Made by a program: the position numbers and the translations under genes
NCBI RefSeq assembly: GCF_018350175.1
Contig: NC_058368.1
Span: 237,586,001-237,650,000 of the forward strand
Direction of reading: 5' to 3'
Source: Felis catus
Lineage: Eukaryota
Length of the DNA stretch: 64,000 nt
Notes under the pieces: generated by a model
Seen by the model: the letters and a program-made list of their open reading frames with translations, nothing else
Databases searched by the model: none
Told to the model about the DNA's origin: nothing
Shown: positions 61,150 to 64,000 of the stretch, one piece after another
How positions within the stretch are numbered: position 1 is the stretch's first letter
How the letters are laid out: each line of letters begins with the position of its first letter

Positions 61150-62580
61150 TGACTCCCTTTGGTTTTTTTCTTGATGAGTTGTTCCATCCAGCATCATTTC
61201 CCTTCAACGTGAAGAACCTTATTAAGCATTTCTTGTACGAAAGGGCGGCTGACCATCTACTTCCTTCCCTTTCTTTTATCGAAAAATCTCATTATGTCAC
61301 CTTTGTCTTGAAGACTTTTCCTGCAAATAGAAGTCTGGGTTAACTTACATTTTTAACAGGTGCTACTCCACTGTCCTCAGGCCACCATTGTTTTGAGTTA
61401 GAAGTCAGCTGGGCGTGAATCATCGGTCCTTCATGTGCGATGTGTCATTTTTCCCAGGCTGGTCTAAACATTTTGGTTCCTCTGGTTTACATCAGCTTGT
61501 CTGTAATGTACCCAGGCCTGCTTCCTTTTGTATTTATTCTGCCGTGGTCTGCTGAGATTCACTGAGTTTCATAAATCTTTACATTTTTTGTGTTTCATCA
61601 AATTTGGGAAGATTATGGTCATGTTTCCTGAAATATTTTTTTCCTTAGTCTCTCTTCCTGCTCCTTTTTGGACTCCAATCATATGCATGTCAGCTCTTAT
61701 TATATTGTACACCTTTAATTTTCTTCAATTTGTTTTTCTTTCCCTTCTTCAGACTGTATAATTTCTATTGATTTAATTTTTTTCCACATTTTTTTTTTTA
61801 TTTTTGAGAGAGAGAGAGAGAGAAAGACAGAGCATGAGCAGGGGAGGGGCAGAGAGAGAGGGAGACACAGAATCAGAAGCAGGCTCCAGGCTCCGAGCCA
61901 TCAGCACAGAGCCCGACGCGGGGCTCGAACTCACCAACCGTGGGATCGTGACCTGTGCCGAAGTCAGGTGCCCAACTGACTGAGCCACCTAGACGCCCCT
62001 CTATTGATTTTTTAAAAAATGCGATGAGTTTTCTGCCATTTCCTCCCCACTGTGTAGCCCATTTAGTGATCGTTAAAAAGTCAGATGTTGTCATTTTTAG
62101 CTTTACAATTTTATGGTTTTTTTCCTTTTGTTTTAGTTTACATTTCTCCACTGATACCTGCTCCCTTGATATTCATTATACGCATCCTTTCCTTTACGTC
62201 CTTGAGCAGTGATGACAGCTGCTTTAAAATCCAGTTCCGCTAGTTGTGACATCTGGACGGTGGAGCTGCTTCTCACCGATTTTGCCTTTTCTCCAGACAA
62301 CCTGTCATGGTCTTCTGTTTCCTCATCGTAGACATTGTGAGGAAGATGTTGTAGAAACTCTAGATTTTCTTCTGTGCCTCAGAAGACTTGTGCTTTAGTT
62401 TTTAAGCATGCAGTTAGCTGGGCGGAACTCAAAGTGCAAATCCCTCTGCCCCGGGATGAGCCACAGCTCCCGTCCGGCACAAGTCCTTCGACCTCAGCTG
62501 GGCTGCTTGAACTGCACTCTCCGTGTGAACAGCTAGTGCGTCAGCCAGTAATTTGGGCAGAATAAGTATGTAGATTTTGG
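61150..62580 (-). mobile_element. Old L1 (L1M) ORF1/5' region, interrupted by the SINE at 61775-61999
   Basis: Antisense L1 ORF1 motifs ctactccactgtcctc...agaagtcagctg, tttcatcaaatttgggaagatt and cttcagactgtataatttctattgat; boundaries approximate. Confidence 0.7.
61775..61999 (-). mobile_element. Can-SINE (SINEC_Fc-like)
   Basis: Full antisense SINE; TSD tctattgattt 61764-61774 / 62000-62010. Confidence 0.97.
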
Positions 62581-62595
62581 CTCTCTCAGCTCTCT

Positions 62596-62765
62596 CTTTT
62601 TTTAAATTTTTTAATATGAAATTCATTGTCAAATTGGTTTCCGTACAACACCCAGTGCTCGTCCCAACAGGTGCCCTCCTCCATGCCCAACCCCCACCCA
62701 ACCCTCCCTCCCACCTCCCATCAACCCTTAGCGTATTCTCAGTTTTCTAAGAGTCTCTTATGGTT
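62596..62765 (-). mobile_element. Felid L1 (L1_Fc-like) 5'-truncated 3'UTR stub
   Basis: atgaaattcattgtcaaattggtttccgtacaacacccagtgctc...taagagtctcttatggtt; TSD tctcagctctct 62584-62595 / 62766-62777. Confidence 0.93.
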
Positions 62766-62968
62766 TCTCAGCTCTCTTTTTATACACCGTATGAAACAGT
62801 AGAGGCAGTGGGCATTGTGTTTTATTTCTGATTTCATAGAAAGCTCTTAGAATATTTAGGAATTACCAATCCCTATTTTTGAGGATTTAAATATGAATTG
62901 GGATGAATTTAATTAAATGTCTTTTCTTCATCTCTGAAGATGATTATATGATTTCTCTCCTTATTTCT

Positions 62969-63169
62969 CTTTTTTTTAATGTTTATTTATTTTTGAGAGA
63001 GAGCAAGTTGGGGAGGGGCCGAGAGAGAGAAGGAGACAGAGAATCCCAAGCAGGCTCCCTATTACCAGCACAGAACCTGACACAGGGCTTGAACTCACAA
63101 ACTGTGAGAGCATGACCTAGCTGAAAGCAAGAGTCAGACACCTAACTGGCTCAGCCACCCAGGCGCCCC
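62969..63169 (-). mobile_element. Can-SINE, older subfamily
   Basis: Antisense SINE ending ccacccaggcgcccc; long TSD atgatttctctccttatttct 62948-62968 / atgacccctctccttatttct 63170-63190. Confidence 0.94.
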
Positions 63170-63304
63170 ATGACCCCTCTCCTTATTTCTATTTGCTGAC
63201 TTTCTAAACGTTATTGAACCACCTTGTAGTTTTGGAATTTCCTCAGTTGGCCACAAACTCTTATTTAGTATTTTACACTTGGCTAAGTGCCTTTTTAAGG
63301 ATTT

Positions 63305-64000
63305 TGAAAGATTCTATATTTTTAAAGCAGTCTGAAATTCACAGCAAAGTTGAGAGGAAGATACCGAGATTTCCCATATATCCTGTCTCCCCATATGCAT
63401 GCCAGCCCCACTGTCAACTCCACCACCAGACCGGTATGTTTATTACAACCGACAGACCTATACCGACACATCGTAAACGTCCAAGGCCCACGGATGACAC
63501 CGGGGTTCACTCTTGCTGTTGTACATTCCACGGGTTCGGATAAATGTGTAATTAATAAATCTATCCACCGTTATTGTGCTATGCAGAGTAGTTTCGCTGT
63601 CCTAAAACATCTTCGGTGTTCTGCCTTCTCAAACCTCCCTCTCCCCCAATCCCCGGAAACCATTATCCTTTCACTGTCTTCAGAGTTTTTGCGTATTCTA
63701 GAATGCCATACGGTCGGAATCACATCGTAAGTAGCATTTGGAGACTGTCTTCTTCCACTTAGAACCATGCATTTAAGGTTCCTCAATATCTTCTCAAGGC
63801 TCTATAGTTTCTTTCTTTTTAGCAGTGAATAATATTATATAATAATATTCCACTGTCTATATGTATCAAACTCTGACCATTCACTGACTGAAGGGAATCT
63901 TCATTGCCTCTACGATTTGCCAGTTACGAATAAGCTGCAGTGAACCTCCATGTGCAAATTTTGCATATGTGTGAGTTTTCAGCTCTTCTGGGTCAATGCC
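63305..64000 (-). mobile_element. L1MC1/2-like LINE 3' end (runs off window end)
   Basis: ttcacagcaaagttgagaggaagataccgagatttcccatata...ggggttcactcttgctgttgtacattc...atgcatttaaggttcctc. Confidence 0.85.

Noticed and set aside
3246..63169. SINE strand bias (11 minus versus 4 plus) as evidence of an enclosing + strand transcript
   Set aside because: Two-sided binomial p is about 0.12; not significant, and L1/LTR orientations are mixed

Overview
This is non-coding mammalian genomic DNA from a feliform carnivore, most likely a cat. The assignment rests on about 15 tRNA-derived Can-SINEs of the SINEC_Fc type and on felid-type L1 3' ends. I recognise no protein-coding gene, tRNA or rRNA gene, or CRISPR array. 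The ORF track is explained by chance ORFs in GC-rich DNA, SINE read-through, microsatellites and decayed L1 ORFs. The left ~44 kb is GC- and CpG-rich, poor in recognisable transposons, and punctuated by AT-rich unique islands dense in homeodomain, SOX, TCF and FOX motifs. That pattern suggests a gene desert or large intron with developmental enhancers, but this is inference. The right ~20 kb is more AT-rich and repeat-dense (L1, MLT/ERVL LTRs, Tigger2, MER, MIR, L2). The clearest unexplained structure is a recent ~155-bp inverted duplication (49506-49661 / 50462-50613) with a templated-insertion-like scar at its junction. Other notes include a microhomology deletion in one SINE, two L1 stubs truncated at almost the same base, strongly AT-to-GC-shifted old repeats, a compact hairpin, and short tandem duplications that multiply TF motifs. 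Repeat family names come from remembered consensus sequences and need RepeatMasker/Dfam confirmation. I found no convincing novel multi-gene system.
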